Source of the DNA: an uncultured Phycisphaerales bacterium
GTDB lineage: Bacteria; Planctomycetota; Phycisphaerae; Tepidisphaerales; Tepidisphaeraceae
NCBI GenBank assembly: GCA_963844715.1
Contig: CAWJPJ010000004.1
Coordinates: forward strand, 128,001-192,000
Length of the DNA stretch: 64,000 nucleotides
Reading direction: 5' to 3'
Within the stretch, counting starts at the first letter, position 1. Every line of letters begins with the position of its first letter. A program made the translations under genes and the position numbers. Positions 43,144-54,113 of the stretch are shown piece after piece. The notes under the pieces are model-generated. The model did no database searches, was not told where the DNA came from, and worked only from the letters and a program-made list of their open reading frames with translations.

Positions 43144-44774
43144 GTTTCCAAATCGTTACCCGCTTTGCCCCCTCGCCGACCGGCTATCTCCATGTCGGCG
43201 GGGCACGCACGGCTCTCTTCAACTGGCTTCTGGCCCGTCACGCCGGCGGGAAATTCTTGCTTCGAATCGAAGATACCGACCTGGCTCGCAGCACGGAACA
43301 ATCCGTCGATGACGTTTTGGAAGACCTCGGGTGGCTGGGATTGAATTGGGATAACGCCGAGTTGATCTACCAGTCGAAGCGGCTGCCGATGTACAACGCG
43401 CTGATCGATCATCTCATATTGCGCGGCTTGGCCTATAAGGCGTACGAGACTCCGGAAGAACTTGACGGGCAAAGGAAAATCGCCGAGCGCGCCAAGCGGG
43501 CTTATGTTTACAAGCGTCCCACGCTCAGCGATGAGCAGGTTCGCAAATTCGAGTCTGAAGGCCGTGCGTCCGTGGTGCGATTCGCGATGCCGGTGAGGGA
43601 ATATCGCTTTCATGACGTTGTTCTTGGCAAGGAGATTGTGCTGGGGGCCAGCCAGGTTCAGGATTTTGTCATCCGCAAAACGGACGGCATGCCGACGTAT
43701 CACTTCGCGGTTGTCGTCGATGATGCGGAAATGGGGATCACCCACGTGTTGCGCGGCCAGGAACATCTTCTCAACACGATGAACCACATCGCTCTGCAGG
43801 AAGCGATTGCGTGCAGTCGGCCGGTTTATGGGCACCTGCCGGTCATCCTTAACACGGATGGCAGCAAGATGGGGAAGCGCGATCGCGACAAGAAAATCCG
43901 CCATCACGCCAACGTGTGGCTCAAAAATAGCAAAAAATCTCAGGAAGAATTGGCGGGTCTGGCGGGATTGCCCGGCGATCGCATCGTCTGGTGGCTTGCT
44001 GACGATGGGCGGCAATTGGATGGGGCGGAGCAGAAGAAACTCATGGCGGTCATCGGGTTGTCGGAGAGCGATCTGCCGGAAGTTCTGGTTCACGATTTCC
44101 GCGCCAACGGGTATCTCCCCGAGGTGCTGCTTAATTTCCTTTCTCTTCTGGGTTGGAGTCCGGGGTCGGACAAGGAGCGCATGAGCGTGGGGGAGATGAT
44201 TCAGCTTTTCACGGTCGAGCGCATCGGGCAGGCCAACGCCAAATTCAGCCGGGATAAGCTGCTGGCTTTCAACACTGAGGCGTGTGCCGCGCAGGGCGCG
44301 GCTCAGCTTCTGCCGGCCATGCGCGATTTTCTCTCGGTGAATCCGGAATCGCCTTTGAACGCGGCGGATGACGCAGCTCTGGTGAAGATTATCGAGATGA
44401 ACGCCGGGATGCGCACGCTGCGCGAAGTCGAGGAAAAAAGCCGGTTCTTTTTTGTCCCCGACGACTTGATCGACTATCGGCCTGAGGCGATCGAAAAAGT
44501 TCTGCTCAAGAACGAAAAGCAGGGGCTCAATGCGTTGCGAAGTGTGAGGGAGATTCTGGCCGCGGCAAATGATTGGACAGCCCACGGCCTTGAAACCGCG
44601 GTCAAAGCATTTTGCGAATCTAGCGGCCTGGGACTGGGCAAAGTTGCTCAGCCGATACGTGTCGCCATCAGCGGAACGACGGTCAGCCCGCCGATTTTTG
44701 CGAGCCTTGAATTGCTGGGCAAAGAGAAGTCTTTACGGCGGATGGATAATTGTCTGGCCGAAGATGTTGAGTGA
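43140..44774 (+). CDS. gltX: Glutamate--tRNA ligase
   Basis: RFAPSPTGYLHVGG, LRIEDTD, VVDD..MGITHVLRG, KMGKR. Confidence 0.96.
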   Translation: MSFQIVTRFAPSPTGYLHVGGARTALFNWLLARHAGGKFLLRIEDTDLARSTEQSVDDVLEDLGWLGLNWDNAELIYQSKRLPMYNALIDHLILRGLAYKAYETPEELDGQRKIAERAKRAYVYKRPTLSDEQVRKFESEGRASVVRFAMPVREYRFHDVVLGKEIVLGASQVQDFVIRKTDGMPTYHFAVVVDDAEMGITHVLRGQEHLLNTMNHIALQEAIACSRPVYGHLPVILNTDGSKMGKRDRDKKIRHHANVWLKNSKKSQEELAGLAGLPGDRIVWWLADDGRQLDGAEQKKLMAVIGLSESDLPEVLVHDFRANGYLPEVLLNFLSLLGWSPGSDKERMSVGEMIQLFTVERIGQANAKFSRDKLLAFNTEACAAQGAAQLLPAMRDFLSVNPESPLNAADDAALVKIIEMNAGMRTLREVEEKSRFFFVPDDLIDYRPEAIEKVLLKNEKQGLNALRSVREILAAANDWTAHGLETAVKAFCESSGLGLGKVAQPIRVAISGTTVSPPIFASLELLGKEKSLRRMDNCLAEDVE

Positions 44775-44856
44775 TGAATTAAATTCATCATTACTACGTG
44801 AAATCACAGTCTATGGCGGTGCGATCCTGTCTGGCGCTGCCGTTCCAGAAATTTAT

Positions 44857-44980
44857 CCCGTCTCACCGTGTATCCGCCAGTTTCCGCAGGATGGGTTAGG
44901 GTGAGGGGCGGCCTATCGAACTTCGAACGGTCGCCCCTCACCCATCCTGCGGAAACTAGCGGAGGACCGGGGAGAGGGGG
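44857..44980. repeat. Long hairpin formed by two inverted REP-like copies
   Basis: TCCGCCAGTTTCCGCAGGATGGG...GGGTGAGGGGCGGCC pairs with GGTCGCCCCTCACCCATCCTGCGGAAACTAGCGGA. Confidence 0.8.
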
Positions 44981-45088
44981 ACAGAGGCGCATGGCGCCGA
45001 CAAAAGTTCGAACGTCGAAAACTTCCGCACACCCTTCGAGGGGGCTACCTGAAGCCACCCCCTATGGGGGCGGAGCGTTCATTGAGCG

Positions 45089-45559
45089 TTATCTTCGATG
45101 CGTCATCGTTGCGCGGCGCAGGGCTCGGTCCTGCTCTTTTTTGCGAATGGCGTCGCGCTTGTCGTGATGCTGGCGGCCGTGGGCGACGCCTAGTTCCACT
45201 TTCGCCATTCCGTCCTTGAAATAGATTGCCAGGGGGATCAGCGTCACGCCGCGCTCGGCGGCTTCGGCTTCGAGGCGGCGAATTTCGCGCTTGCGGGCCA
45301 GAAGTTTTCTTTCTCTGAGCGGCTCATGCCCAATCGCCGCTTTCTCATATGGATCGATATGGCACCCGTGCAGGATCAACTGGCCTTTTTCGACTTTGGC
45401 GTATGACTCCGCCAATTGGCATTTTCCGAGCCTTAGCGATTTCACTTCGCTGCCCAATAGGACAATCCCGCACTCCAGTTTTGCGGAGATGAAATAATCG
45501 TGGAGGGCCTTTCGATTATTAATTCGCGGCGACAAATTGGCTCGCGGCGCATCTTTCAT
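45089..45559 (-). CDS. smpB: SsrA-binding protein
   Basis: NRKALHDY, GIVLLGSEVKSLR, RERKLL, DKRDAI. Confidence 0.96.
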   Translation of the reverse strand: MKDAPRANLSPRINNRKALHDYFISAKLECGIVLLGSEVKSLRLGKCQLAESYAKVEKGQLILHGCHIDPYEKAAIGHEPLRERKLLARKREIRRLEAEAAERGVTLIPLAIYFKDGMAKVELGVAHGRQHHDKRDAIRKKEQDRALRRATMTHRR

Positions 45560-45685
45560 AACGGATATTCTATGGTAAATCGTGCATCTGGGCGCAAAAA
45601 CCCGCCCATAGGGCGTCCCAAGTTCGCCAGGGGCCTGAACTTGACCGCGTTCTGGTCCGGTTTATCATCGACAGGCCTCACCGCC

Positions 45686-45767
45686 GCGGCTGTGGCGAAA
45701 TTGGCAGACGCGCAAGATTCAGGTTCTTGTGTCGCAAGACGTGGAGGTTCGAGTCCTCTCAGCCGCA
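45686..45767 (+). tRNA. tRNA-Leu (anticodon CAG), CCA not encoded
   Basis: Acceptor stem GCGGCTG/CAGCCGC, anticodon arm CAAGA-TTCAGGT-TCTTG, long variable arm, GGTTCGAGTCC. Confidence 0.95.
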
Positions 45768-45885
45768 TGATTGGTTTACGGGAAGATGGAGGCAATTGGG
45801 CAAATTGCCAGGGGCGGGGCGTCCGGGCGAGAGATGGATGTTAAGATGCGTCCGACGATGACGAATCGAGGCCACAGTGGATTCG

Positions 45886-48102
45886 ATGTCCCGGGGCCGC
45901 GGATTGGCGCGGATGGGAAACCTACCCTACTTATTCGGAATCATCCTGATTCTGATTAGTGGGTCTCGGCTGGCAACGTACCTTAGCCAGCGCGCCAGCA
46001 ACGCGGCGCAGATCGAAATATCCTTCTGGCGCGCCGATCTGGTGCGCATGCAGGAATTCAGATCGCTGCTGGTGGACGCCGAATTGAGCCAGCGCGGGTA
46101 TTTGCTGACCGGGGAGCAGGAATATCTGGCGCCTTATCAGGGGGCGATCGAGCGGCTTCAATCCAATCTCGACATGTTGCCGCAAATGGTTGCCTCGGGG
46201 CGGCTCTCCGCGGATGAGGGGGCTCATCTCAAGTCGCTGATTGACCAAAAACTGGCGGAGATGGATCAGACCATCTCGCTGGAGAAGACCCAGGGATCGG
46301 TTGCCGCCCAGGCACTGGTTCGAACCGGTCAGGGCAAGCAATTGATGGATCAGATCAGCCAGGTCATCGGCAAAGTGACCGGGCAGGCGCAGGGGCGGAT
46401 CGATGCGTCAACCGACCAGCTTAAGGACGCACAGAACTGGCGCGGCGATGTGTTTCTCTTCACCGGACTGGTGAACATTCCATTCCTCATCTGGGCCATG
46501 TGGCGAATTTGGCTCGAAACCGGACGCCGCGCCGATTTGATGCGGGAACTTTCGGCGCAAAAGGAATTCCTTTCCGTCACGCTGCGGAGCATTGGGGACG
46601 GCGTGATCGGCGCCGATACGGACGGGCGGATCACGTTTATCAATTCCGCGGCCGAGGAATTGACCGGGTGGACTTGCGCGGAAGCCATCGGCCGGCCGTG
46701 CTCGACGGTTTTTCGGATCATTAGCGAGGAGACGCGCCAGCCGGTGGAAAGCCCGGTCGACAAAGTGCTGAAGGACGGGGTTGTTGTCGGTCTGGCGAAT
46801 CACACGCTGCTCATCCGCCGCGACGGGTCCGAATTGCCGGTCGACGACAGCGGGGCGCCCATGCGCGACTCGAAGGGGGTCATCCGCGGCGTCGTGCTGG
46901 TCTTCCGGGACTTCACGCGGCATAAGCGCTCTGAGCAGAATCTCATTCGGGCGGCGGCGGAATTAGAATCCGCGGGGAAGGCGAAGGACCAGTTTCTTGC
47001 CGCACTTTCGCATGAGCTTCGCACGCCGCTGACGCCGCTGCTGGTCACGCTTTCCATGTTGGAGCAGGACGGGAAACTTCCGGCGGGGCTGCTGGAAGAC
47101 GTCCGCATGATGCGGCGCAACGTTCAGCTCGAGGCGCGTCTTATCGACGATCTGCTCGATCTTACGCGCGTGGCCAAGGGGAAACTGCTGCTGAACCTTG
47201 AAGTGGTCGACCTGCAGGGCATTATCAATTCCGTTATCGCGCGATTCGAGCGGCAGATGACCGGAAAATCCCTCAATTTTGCGCGTTCGTTCTGCGCTCG
47301 GAGGCATTTCGTCAATGCCGATCCGATTCGCATCGAGCAGGTTCTTTGGAATATCCTTCAGAACGCCATCAAGTTCACGCCACCGGGCGGAACGATTTCG
47401 ATCTCGACACGCAATGACGGCGACGGCTGGATTGAAACCTCGATCGCCGATGACGGGGTGGGCATGGAGGCGGAAATCCTGTCGCGCCTGTTCAAGCCGT
47501 TTGAGCAGGCCAGCGACGAGATGGTCCGCCGGCACGGCGGGCTGGGAATGGGGCTGGCGATCGCCCAGGCCGTCATGCAGCTGCATGGGGGTTATGTGCT
47601 GGCCTTCAGCCAGGGGCTCGGCAAAGGCTCGACATTCACGGTTCGGCTGGCGACCAGCGAGGCTCCGTCCAAAGCGCCGCGAACGGAAACCCCCGACCGG
47701 CCGCGCAACGGGACGCCGTTGCGCATCCTGCTTGTCGAGGATCATGCCGATACCTCGCGGGCCCTGGCCCGCATGCTGGAACAATCGGGATACAGGGTGG
47801 GAACCGCCGGCGATGCGAGCACCGCTCTTCAGCAATTCGACAATCATACGTGGGACGTGCTGGTCAGCGATCTGGGTCTGCCCGATTCCAGCGGCTACGA
47901 ACTGATGAAACAGGTCCGCGAAAAATACGGCCTGGGCATTCGCGGCATCGCCGTGAGCGGGTACGGCATGGAAAGCGACCGGCAACGCAGCCAACAGGCG
48001 GGGTTCGATGAGCACATCGTCAAGCCGATTGACTTTGAGCAACTGGATCAGGCGATCCGAAAAACCAGGCCGTCGGAGACTGAGACGGCAGGGTTGATTT
48101 GA
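45886..48102 (+). CDS. Hybrid sensor histidine kinase (CHASE3-PAS-HisKA-HATPase-REC)
   Basis: QRGYLLTG, SIGDGVI, LSHELRTPL, NAIKFT, GGLGMGL, ILLVED; start uncertain. Confidence 0.93.
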   Translation: MSRGRGLARMGNLPYLFGIILILISGSRLATYLSQRASNAAQIEISFWRADLVRMQEFRSLLVDAELSQRGYLLTGEQEYLAPYQGAIERLQSNLDMLPQMVASGRLSADEGAHLKSLIDQKLAEMDQTISLEKTQGSVAAQALVRTGQGKQLMDQISQVIGKVTGQAQGRIDASTDQLKDAQNWRGDVFLFTGLVNIPFLIWAMWRIWLETGRRADLMRELSAQKEFLSVTLRSIGDGVIGADTDGRITFINSAAEELTGWTCAEAIGRPCSTVFRIISEETRQPVESPVDKVLKDGVVVGLANHTLLIRRDGSELPVDDSGAPMRDSKGVIRGVVLVFRDFTRHKRSEQNLIRAAAELESAGKAKDQFLAALSHELRTPLTPLLVTLSMLEQDGKLPAGLLEDVRMMRRNVQLEARLIDDLLDLTRVAKGKLLLNLEVVDLQGIINSVIARFERQMTGKSLNFARSFCARRHFVNADPIRIEQVLWNILQNAIKFTPPGGTISISTRNDGDGWIETSIADDGVGMEAEILSRLFKPFEQASDEMVRRHGGLGMGLAIAQAVMQLHGGYVLAFSQGLGKGSTFTVRLATSEAPSKAPRTETPDRPRNGTPLRILLVEDHADTSRALARMLEQSGYRVGTAGDASTALQQFDNHTWDVLVSDLGLPDSSGYELMKQVREKYGLGIRGIAVSGYGMESDRQRSQQAGFDEHIVKPIDFEQLDQAIRKTRPSETETAGLI

Positions 48103-48125
48103 TCCTTCACAAAGCCAATGGATGA

Positions 48126-49116
48126 CTAAGCGTTGGCTTTCGGCGCGGCGGCATATAGCTCGCCGTGTTCGTTAAACCATTCAACGAACTTGCGCAGGCC
48201 GACTTCCAGCGTCGTCTTGGGTTGATAATTCAGCTCCGCGCCGGCCCGGGAAATATCGGCGGCAGGTTAGTTCCACGTCTCCCGGCTGCATGGCCTTTCG
48301 ATCCAGTTTCGCTTCGCGTCCGATTGCTTTCTCCAAAGCGGCGACCATCTCGTTCAGTTGCACCGGCCGATTGTTGCCCAGATTGTAAATCCGATATCGG
48401 TCGCATTTGTCCACGGCTGAGAGAATGCCGGCGCAGATGTCTTCGACATAGGTGTAATCGCGCACGGTCGTGCCGTCGCCGTAGAATGGAATGGGGGCGC
48501 CTTCGGTGATCAGGCGGGTGAATTTGTGGATTGCCAGATCGGGCCTTAGGCGGGGGCCGTAGACGGTGAAAAATCGGAGGCAGAAAACTGGCAGGTGGTA
48601 AAGATGCCAATAGGCGTAGCACATCAGTTCGGCGGCGCGTTTGGTGGTTGCGTAGGGGCTGATGGGTTCTGAAACGGGTTCGTCTTCGCGAAAGGGGGGC
48701 TTGGCCTGGTTTCCATAGACGCTGGAACTGCTGGCGAAGATGAATTTCTTTACTTTGTGTTTGATCGCCGCCTGGAGGAGGATTGTCGTGCCTTCGACGT
48801 TGACCCGGGCGTAATAACTTGGGCGCTCGATGGACGGGCGCACGCCTGCCATCGCGGCCAGGTGGAGAATCGCGTCGGGCCTGGTCGCCGCGACGAATTT
48901 GTCGACGGCGGGGGCGTCGGTAACGTCGATTTCGGCGAGCTCGAATTTCCCGGCCCTGGCGATGCTTTGGACGTTCAATTCCTTCCAGGGGCGGGGATAG
49001 AAATCGCAGAAATTATCGATGGCGACGACGCGCCAGCCGTCTTGCAGCAGGCGTTCTGAGGCGTGGGACCCGATGAATCCCGCCGCCCCGGTGACCAGGA
49101 TGGTCTGCTTGGGCAT
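48126..49116 (-). CDS. NAD-dependent epimerase (UDP-glucuronate 4-epimerase-like), frameshift near 48260
   Basis: TGAAGFIG, HLAAMAGVRPS, YATTK, RFFTVYGP. Confidence 0.9.
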
Positions 49117-49484
49117 TACGACTGCAAGTTTAGTTGATTCAGCCGTCTCAGCAAAGCGGCCAGATCGATCGGCTTTGAGAGAACCAAATCGGGCGAGAAC
49201 GGTTTCAAATCGGCGAGTCGGGCCGGGTCGGTGACGCCGGTGGTGATGGCGACGAGGGTCGCCGATTTGTTTTGCCGCGCGTAGCGAAGGATATGGGCTC
49301 CGTCGCCGTCGGGGAGCATGAGGTCGAGGATAATCGCGTCGAATTTGTCGCGCAAAAACGACTGCGCATCTTGAACATTTTCGGCGACGAAAACATCCCA
49401 GCCGAGCCGTTCAAGAATTGCTTCCATCGCCCGCGAGCTGTTCCTGTCGTCCTCGACGATCAAGACGCGGCCGCGGATTTTCAC
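49116..49484 (-). CDS. Response regulator receiver domain (separate gene or frameshifted tail of the upstream kinase)
   Basis: VLIVEDD, ILDLMLPDGDG, LSKP. Confidence 0.8.
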   Translation of the reverse strand: MKIRGRVLIVEDDRNSSRAMEAILERLGWDVFVAENVQDAQSFLRDKFDAIILDLMLPDGDGAHILRYARQNKSATLVAITTGVTDPARLADLKPFSPDLVLSKPIDLAALLRRLNQLNLQS

Positions 49485-50639
49485 AGTCTGCTGAGATGGG
49501 CGCGGCTCGTTCCGAAGGCGCGGGCTGGGGTCCGACGACTGATCCTGGGATAATAACTGTGAAGCGGCTTCCGGCTCCGGGGGTGCTGTCCATGACCAGG
49601 TCGCCGCCCAACTGGCGGGCGAGGCGCCGGGAGATAGCCAGCCCCAGGCCGAACCCTTTGGCTGGGTCGTGCTCCTTGTTTTCGACCTGGTAGAAGTCCT
49701 CGAAGAGATGCTCGTGGTGTTGGACGTCGATTCCGCGGCCTGTGTCAATGACATGGATTTCCGCTCCTTCCTGCGAATATTCCGCCTCGACGCGGACACT
49801 TCCGCTGTCGGTGAACTTCACGGCGTTGTCCACTAAATTGTTCAAGATGCGCATGAGCTTCACGCGGTCGGAGCGGAGTTTTATGCCCCGATCGCACCCG
49901 TCGGTTGTCAGCGCCAGCCCCTTGACGCGGGCGGTGCCCTGGTTAAACGCGACGACTTCATTGAGCAAATCCGCCAACTCGAATTCGGCGCAGGCGGGCT
50001 TGTCGTCCGCGGTCTCGAGCCGCGCAAAGTCCAGCAGGGTGTTGAGCATTCCTCCCGCCGACAGGCGCAAACGCGTATCTGGCCCAGCGATTCTCGAACT
50101 GCCGCCGGATCGTTCAGATTCATCTCCGCCAGTTCGGCTTGCAGGACCAGGCCATTCAGCGGCGTGCGCAAATCGTGGCTGATGGCGTTGAGGAAACGCG
50201 CCTTCTGCCGCGATTCCTCGAGCGACCGCTCCAACTCATGCTCGAGGGCCGTGGTGCGCCCGATCGCGCTGTAGACGACTTTCAACTCGCGGGCCCGGAT
50301 GGCATACCGCCAGGTGAAGAACACCAGGACGGCGAGGAAAATGTCGTACAAACGCCACGCCGGCCAGACCATTTTTATGGGGATAAACAGGTAGCCGCAG
50401 ATTCCGCAGAAGACGAAGATGTTTCGGATGTTGCTGAGGGCCCCCTTGGCCGGGACGTGGGGTAGCAGGCGGGCGTTGCGCCACCAATGCACGGCGATCA
50501 CCGCGTATCCCGCCGCGTTGGCCAGGTCGAGGGCAACGGTGGCCGCGATCCAAAAGGTGTCGTGCCCCATGCAATGGGTCAGCACCATGTACTTGCCGTT
50601 GCCGGCGAGCCAATGGGCTATCGAAATCAAAAACCCCAT
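49411..50639 (-). CDS. Membrane sensor histidine kinase, frameshift near 50060
   Basis: 3 TMs, ISHDLRTPL, NAVKFT, DTGRGI, GFGLGLAI. Confidence 0.88.
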
Positions 50640-50851
50640 TCACGACCTCCCGCAATCAGATGGCCGTTTCCCTTCCCGATGTAGCTTAACATGACCTTAC
50701 GCATGGCTAAAAGGGATGGCCAGCGGAAAATTGGGTTGTTTGCGGGCAGCGCCAGACCCTTAAAACCACGGTCCAGCCGCCGCTTGCGAATTTTCCCGCG
50801 ATTGCTATCCTTTAGCATTCGCTATTGGTCTAGGAAGATCGGAGATCGTTG

Positions 50852-51241
50852 ATGGCAGTGAAGTTACGATTCAGGCGGATGGGCCGGACCAACCAGGCCT
50901 TTTTCAGGCTCAACGCGATTGATTCGCGGAGCCCGCGCGACGGGCGCGTCATCGAGGAACTCGGGTTTTACGATCCGCGCTCGAAGGACGCCGCCAAGCA
51001 ATTCGTAGTCAATCTGGAACGTTGCAAACATTGGCTCGACGTCGGCGCGATCCCGTCGGAAACCGTCTCTTCGATGCTGAAGAAAAACGGCTTGGACCAC
51101 AAAATGCTTCGGCTTCCCAAGCCGGGCAAGCCCAAGCCGGTCGCCGCCGAAGCGCCCGCCAAGGACGCGGAAAAGAAACCCAAGGAAAAGCCTGCGGAGG
51201 AGAAGGTAGCGGCCAAGAAGGAGGAGGCGGCCGCGTCGTAA
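50852..51241 (+). CDS. rpsP: 30S ribosomal protein S16
   Basis: MAVKLRFRRMG, DSRSPRDG, LGFYDP. Confidence 0.96.
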   Translation: MAVKLRFRRMGRTNQAFFRLNAIDSRSPRDGRVIEELGFYDPRSKDAAKQFVVNLERCKHWLDVGAIPSETVSSMLKKNGLDHKMLRLPKPGKPKPVAAEAPAKDAEKKPKEKPAEEKVAAKKEEAAAS

Positions 51242-51253
51242 CGCGAGGGTGTC

Positions 51254-51970
51254 ATGCGGATTGACATTCTCACGTTGTTTCCGGAAATGTTCGCCGATGT
51301 CCTGGGGACGAGCATCCCCAAGCGTGCGGCGGAGAAAGGACTGGTCAGCTATCACCTGACGAACATCCGCGACTTCGCCGTAGACAAACATAAATCGGTG
51401 GACGACAAACCGTTTGGCGGCGGGCCAGGGATGGTCATGCTGTGCCAGACGCTGTTTGACGCCGTTGAATCCGTCGAACGCCAAAGCGAGGTCCGCCCGC
51501 TGCGAATCCTGCTCACGCCGCAGGGAAAGAAGTTCGACCAATCCGTGACCCAGGATTTGGCGCGGCAGTCGAGGTTGCTGCTGATCGCCGGGCATTACGA
51601 AGGTTTCGACCAGCGAATCGTCGATGGACTGACCCCGCTGGAACTGAGCATCGGCGACTATGTGCTCAGTGGAGGGGAGTTGGCGGCGATGGTGGTTGTA
51701 GACGCCGTCGTCAGGCTTCTCCCCGGCGCGATCGGCGCCGAGGACGGCGCGGCCGACGAAAGCTTCGCCGACGGATTGTTGGAATATCCGCAGTACACGC
51801 GCCCGCGGGAGTTTCGCGGGATGGACGTTCCGGAAATCCTGCTGAGCGGCGATCATGCGGCGATCGCGGCCTGGAGACTCGAACAACGCCGCCGGCGAAC
51901 CCAGCAGCGCCGACCCGATCTCTGGGACGCATATGAAATAAAACATCGCGCTCCCCGAGCCGATGATTGA
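51254..51970 (+). CDS. trmD: tRNA (guanine-N1)-methyltransferase
   Basis: [36 protein letters not shown]. Confidence 0.97.
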   Translation: MRIDILTLFPEMFADVLGTSIPKRAAEKGLVSYHLTNIRDFAVDKHKSVDDKPFGGGPGMVMLCQTLFDAVESVERQSEVRPLRILLTPQGKKFDQSVTQDLARQSRLLLIAGHYEGFDQRIVDGLTPLELSIGDYVLSGGELAAMVVVDAVVRLLPGAIGAEDGAADESFADGLLEYPQYTRPREFRGMDVPEILLSGDHAAIAAWRLEQRRRRTQQRRPDLWDAYEIKHRAPRADD

Positions 51971-51988
51971 TCAGTTTCGGAGTTGGCC

Positions 51989-52390
51989 ATGATAAATCGA
52001 ATGATCGCACACGTAGAAAAGCCCCATATCAAGAAGGACGTTCCGCAGTTTTCGGTCGGCGACACGGTGGACGTCGCGACCCGCATCATCGAGGGCGAAA
52101 AAGAGCGCATTCAGATTTTCGGCGGGATCGTGATCATGCGCAAAGGTTCGGGCGTGAACGAGACGTTTACGGTCCGGCGCATCGTCAATAACGAGGGCGT
52201 CGAGCGCATTTTCCCACTGCATTCGCCGTTTGTTTCGAAGGTAACCGTCAAGCGCAGCGGCGATACCCGCCGCGCCAAGCTGTTCTACCTGCGCAATCGC
52301 GTCGGCAAGGCGACCCGCCTGACCGAAAAGCGCGCCCTCAAGAAGGAAGGCGAAGAAGCCGGCAAGGAACCTGTGGCGGCCGCTACCTAG
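51989..52390 (+). CDS. rplS: 50S ribosomal protein L19
   Basis: GDTV, EGEKERIQ, GVERIFP, RRAKLFYLR. Confidence 0.97.
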   Translation: MINRMIAHVEKPHIKKDVPQFSVGDTVDVATRIIEGEKERIQIFGGIVIMRKGSGVNETFTVRRIVNNEGVERIFPLHSPFVSKVTVKRSGDTRRAKLFYLRNRVGKATRLTEKRALKKEGEEAGKEPVAAAT

Positions 52391-52465
52391 AGGGGCAGGC
52401 TGCTCTGAGGCACGTCTGGCGTCCGGAACCTTTTCTTTCCCGCCGGTCCCGTCATAATCTTCCCG

Positions 52466-52876
52466 ATGCTTGACTGGCTGAAAGACAAGCTCAAAACCTG
52501 GCTTCCCGCTCCCGACGACGCAGACAATCTCGGCCAGCGCGGCGAAAATCTCGCGGCGCGCTATCTCCGCGACAATGGCTTCAAGATCATCGCCAGAAAT
52601 TTTCGATGTGAACTGGGCGAGGTCGATATCATCGCCCGCCATGAAGGCGTTCTGGTTTTCGTCGAGGTGAAAACCCGCGCCTACGACGATCCCACTCCCG
52701 AAGACCAGGTCAACCAGGAAAAACGGCACCGGCTGACCAAGGCGGCAAAGCTATATCTTTCGCGTTACGGTTCGCCTCAGCCGGCAGCGCGGTTTGACGT
52801 GGTCGCGATCGTCTGGCCCAGGGGACGAGATGCCCAGATCCGCCACACTGCAAATGCCTTCGACGCGACTTTCTGA
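52466..52876 (+). CDS. yraN: YraN-family (UPF0102) protein
   Basis: LGQRGE..A, GEVDII, VFVEVKTR, RFDVV. Confidence 0.9.
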   Translation: MLDWLKDKLKTWLPAPDDADNLGQRGENLAARYLRDNGFKIIARNFRCELGEVDIIARHEGVLVFVEVKTRAYDDPTPEDQVNQEKRHRLTKAAKLYLSRYGSPQPAARFDVVAIVWPRGRDAQIRHTANAFDATF

Positions 52877-52881
52877 TTGTC

Positions 52882-53645
52882 ATGATCGATTCCCACTGCC
52901 ATCTCACGGATACCCGCCTCGCTTCGCAGTTGGAGGCGGTTCTGTCCCGGGCTCGTTTGGCGGGAGTAACGAGAATGGTGACCATCGGGACCAAGCCTTC
53001 CGATTGGGAGCCGGCCATTGCTTTGCGCAAAGCCGCGAGGAGGTCGGCTGCGCGATCGGTGTGCATCCGAATCACTGCCACGAAGTCGAGAAGACCGCTC
53101 TGGACGATTTGCGCCAATTGCAAACCGAGCCCGGAGTTCTGGCTGTGGGGGAGACGGGTTTGGATTATCATTATGACTTCGCGCCCAAAGTCCGGCAGGC
53201 CGAGTTTTTCGAAGCCCATCTTCGGCTCGCCGCTGAATTGAAGCGTCCGGTCGTGATTCATTGTCGGGAAGCGGTCGATGATTGCCTGGCGATTCTTCGC
53301 AATGGGCCCAAGGTTCGGGCGGTTTTTCATTGCTTCACTGGATCGCCGGACGAAGCGCAAAGAATTCTGGATGCGGGGTATTTCCTGGGGTTTACGGGAG
53401 TTCTCACGTTTAAGAACGCAGACGGCCTTCGGCAGGCCGCGCGCTCGGCGCCGTCGGATCGCATCCTTGTCGAAACGGATGCCCCTTATCTCGCCCCCGA
53501 GCCCAAGCGCAAAGAAAAGGTGAATGAACCTGCGTGGGTTATGCACACCGCGCAAATGTTGGCGTCGGTCCACGGCGTGGATGTGGCGGAAATCGACCGC
53601 CTTACCACCGCAAACGCGCTCAAGTTTTATGATTGGGAAGATTAA
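52882..53645 (+). CDS. tatD: TatD-family hydrolase, frameshift near 53030
   Basis: MIDSHCHL, GVHP, GETGLD, IHCR, HCF, ETDAPYL. Confidence 0.92.
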
Positions 53646-53651
53646 CCGCGA

Positions 53652-54113
53652 TCAGCCGTGCATGCTGAGGATGCCGGCTTCCATCCGCTTGTCGGGGGCC
53701 GGCGCGTTGAGCTTTTGCGCTTCCAGACCCGCCTTCTGCTGGGCAAGCTGCTGGAGCAGCATCACCCAGGTCTCTCGCTGATACTTCAGGCGATCAATCG
53801 CTTCGTTGAGCGACGCGATATTGTGCGACACGTCGGCGTCAACCAGTTTGCGATGAATGTACGCATAGATCGCGGCGAGATTAGCGCACAGCTCCGGCGC
53901 CAAGTCTTTATTGAGCGAGACGAGTAGCTGGTTCACGATTTTCTCGGCTCGGTTGAGCAGCGAATGGCTCTGCTCGAAATTCTTTTGCTCCAACATCGGC
54001 CGGGCCTGCTCGGCGAATCGAAGCGCGCCGTCGAACAGCATGAGCTGAATCTGCTCCGGCGTCGCCGTCAGAACTTTTGTGCGTAGATAGGTTTGTGCGC
54101 CTTGGGGATTCAT
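53652..54113 (-). CDS. fliS: Flagellar export chaperone FliS
   Basis: YLRTKVLTATPEQIQLMLFDGA, NLAAIY, RETW. Confidence 0.92.
   Translation of the reverse strand: MNPQGAQTYLRTKVLTATPEQIQLMLFDGALRFAEQARPMLEQKNFEQSHSLLNRAEKIVNQLLVSLNKDLAPELCANLAAIYAYIHRKLVDADVSHNIASLNEAIDRLKYQRETWVMLLQQLAQQKAGLEAQKLNAPAPDKRMEAGILSMHG

Noticed and set aside
42897..44585. Long antisense ORFs (562 aa opposite gltX; also opposite the kinase, trmD and aguA/aguB)
   Set aside because: Typical shadow frames of high-GC coding sequence, with no domain motifs.
45686..48102. Genomic island integrated at tRNA-Leu
   Set aside because: No integrase nearby, and I saw no repeat of the tRNA 3' end downstream.
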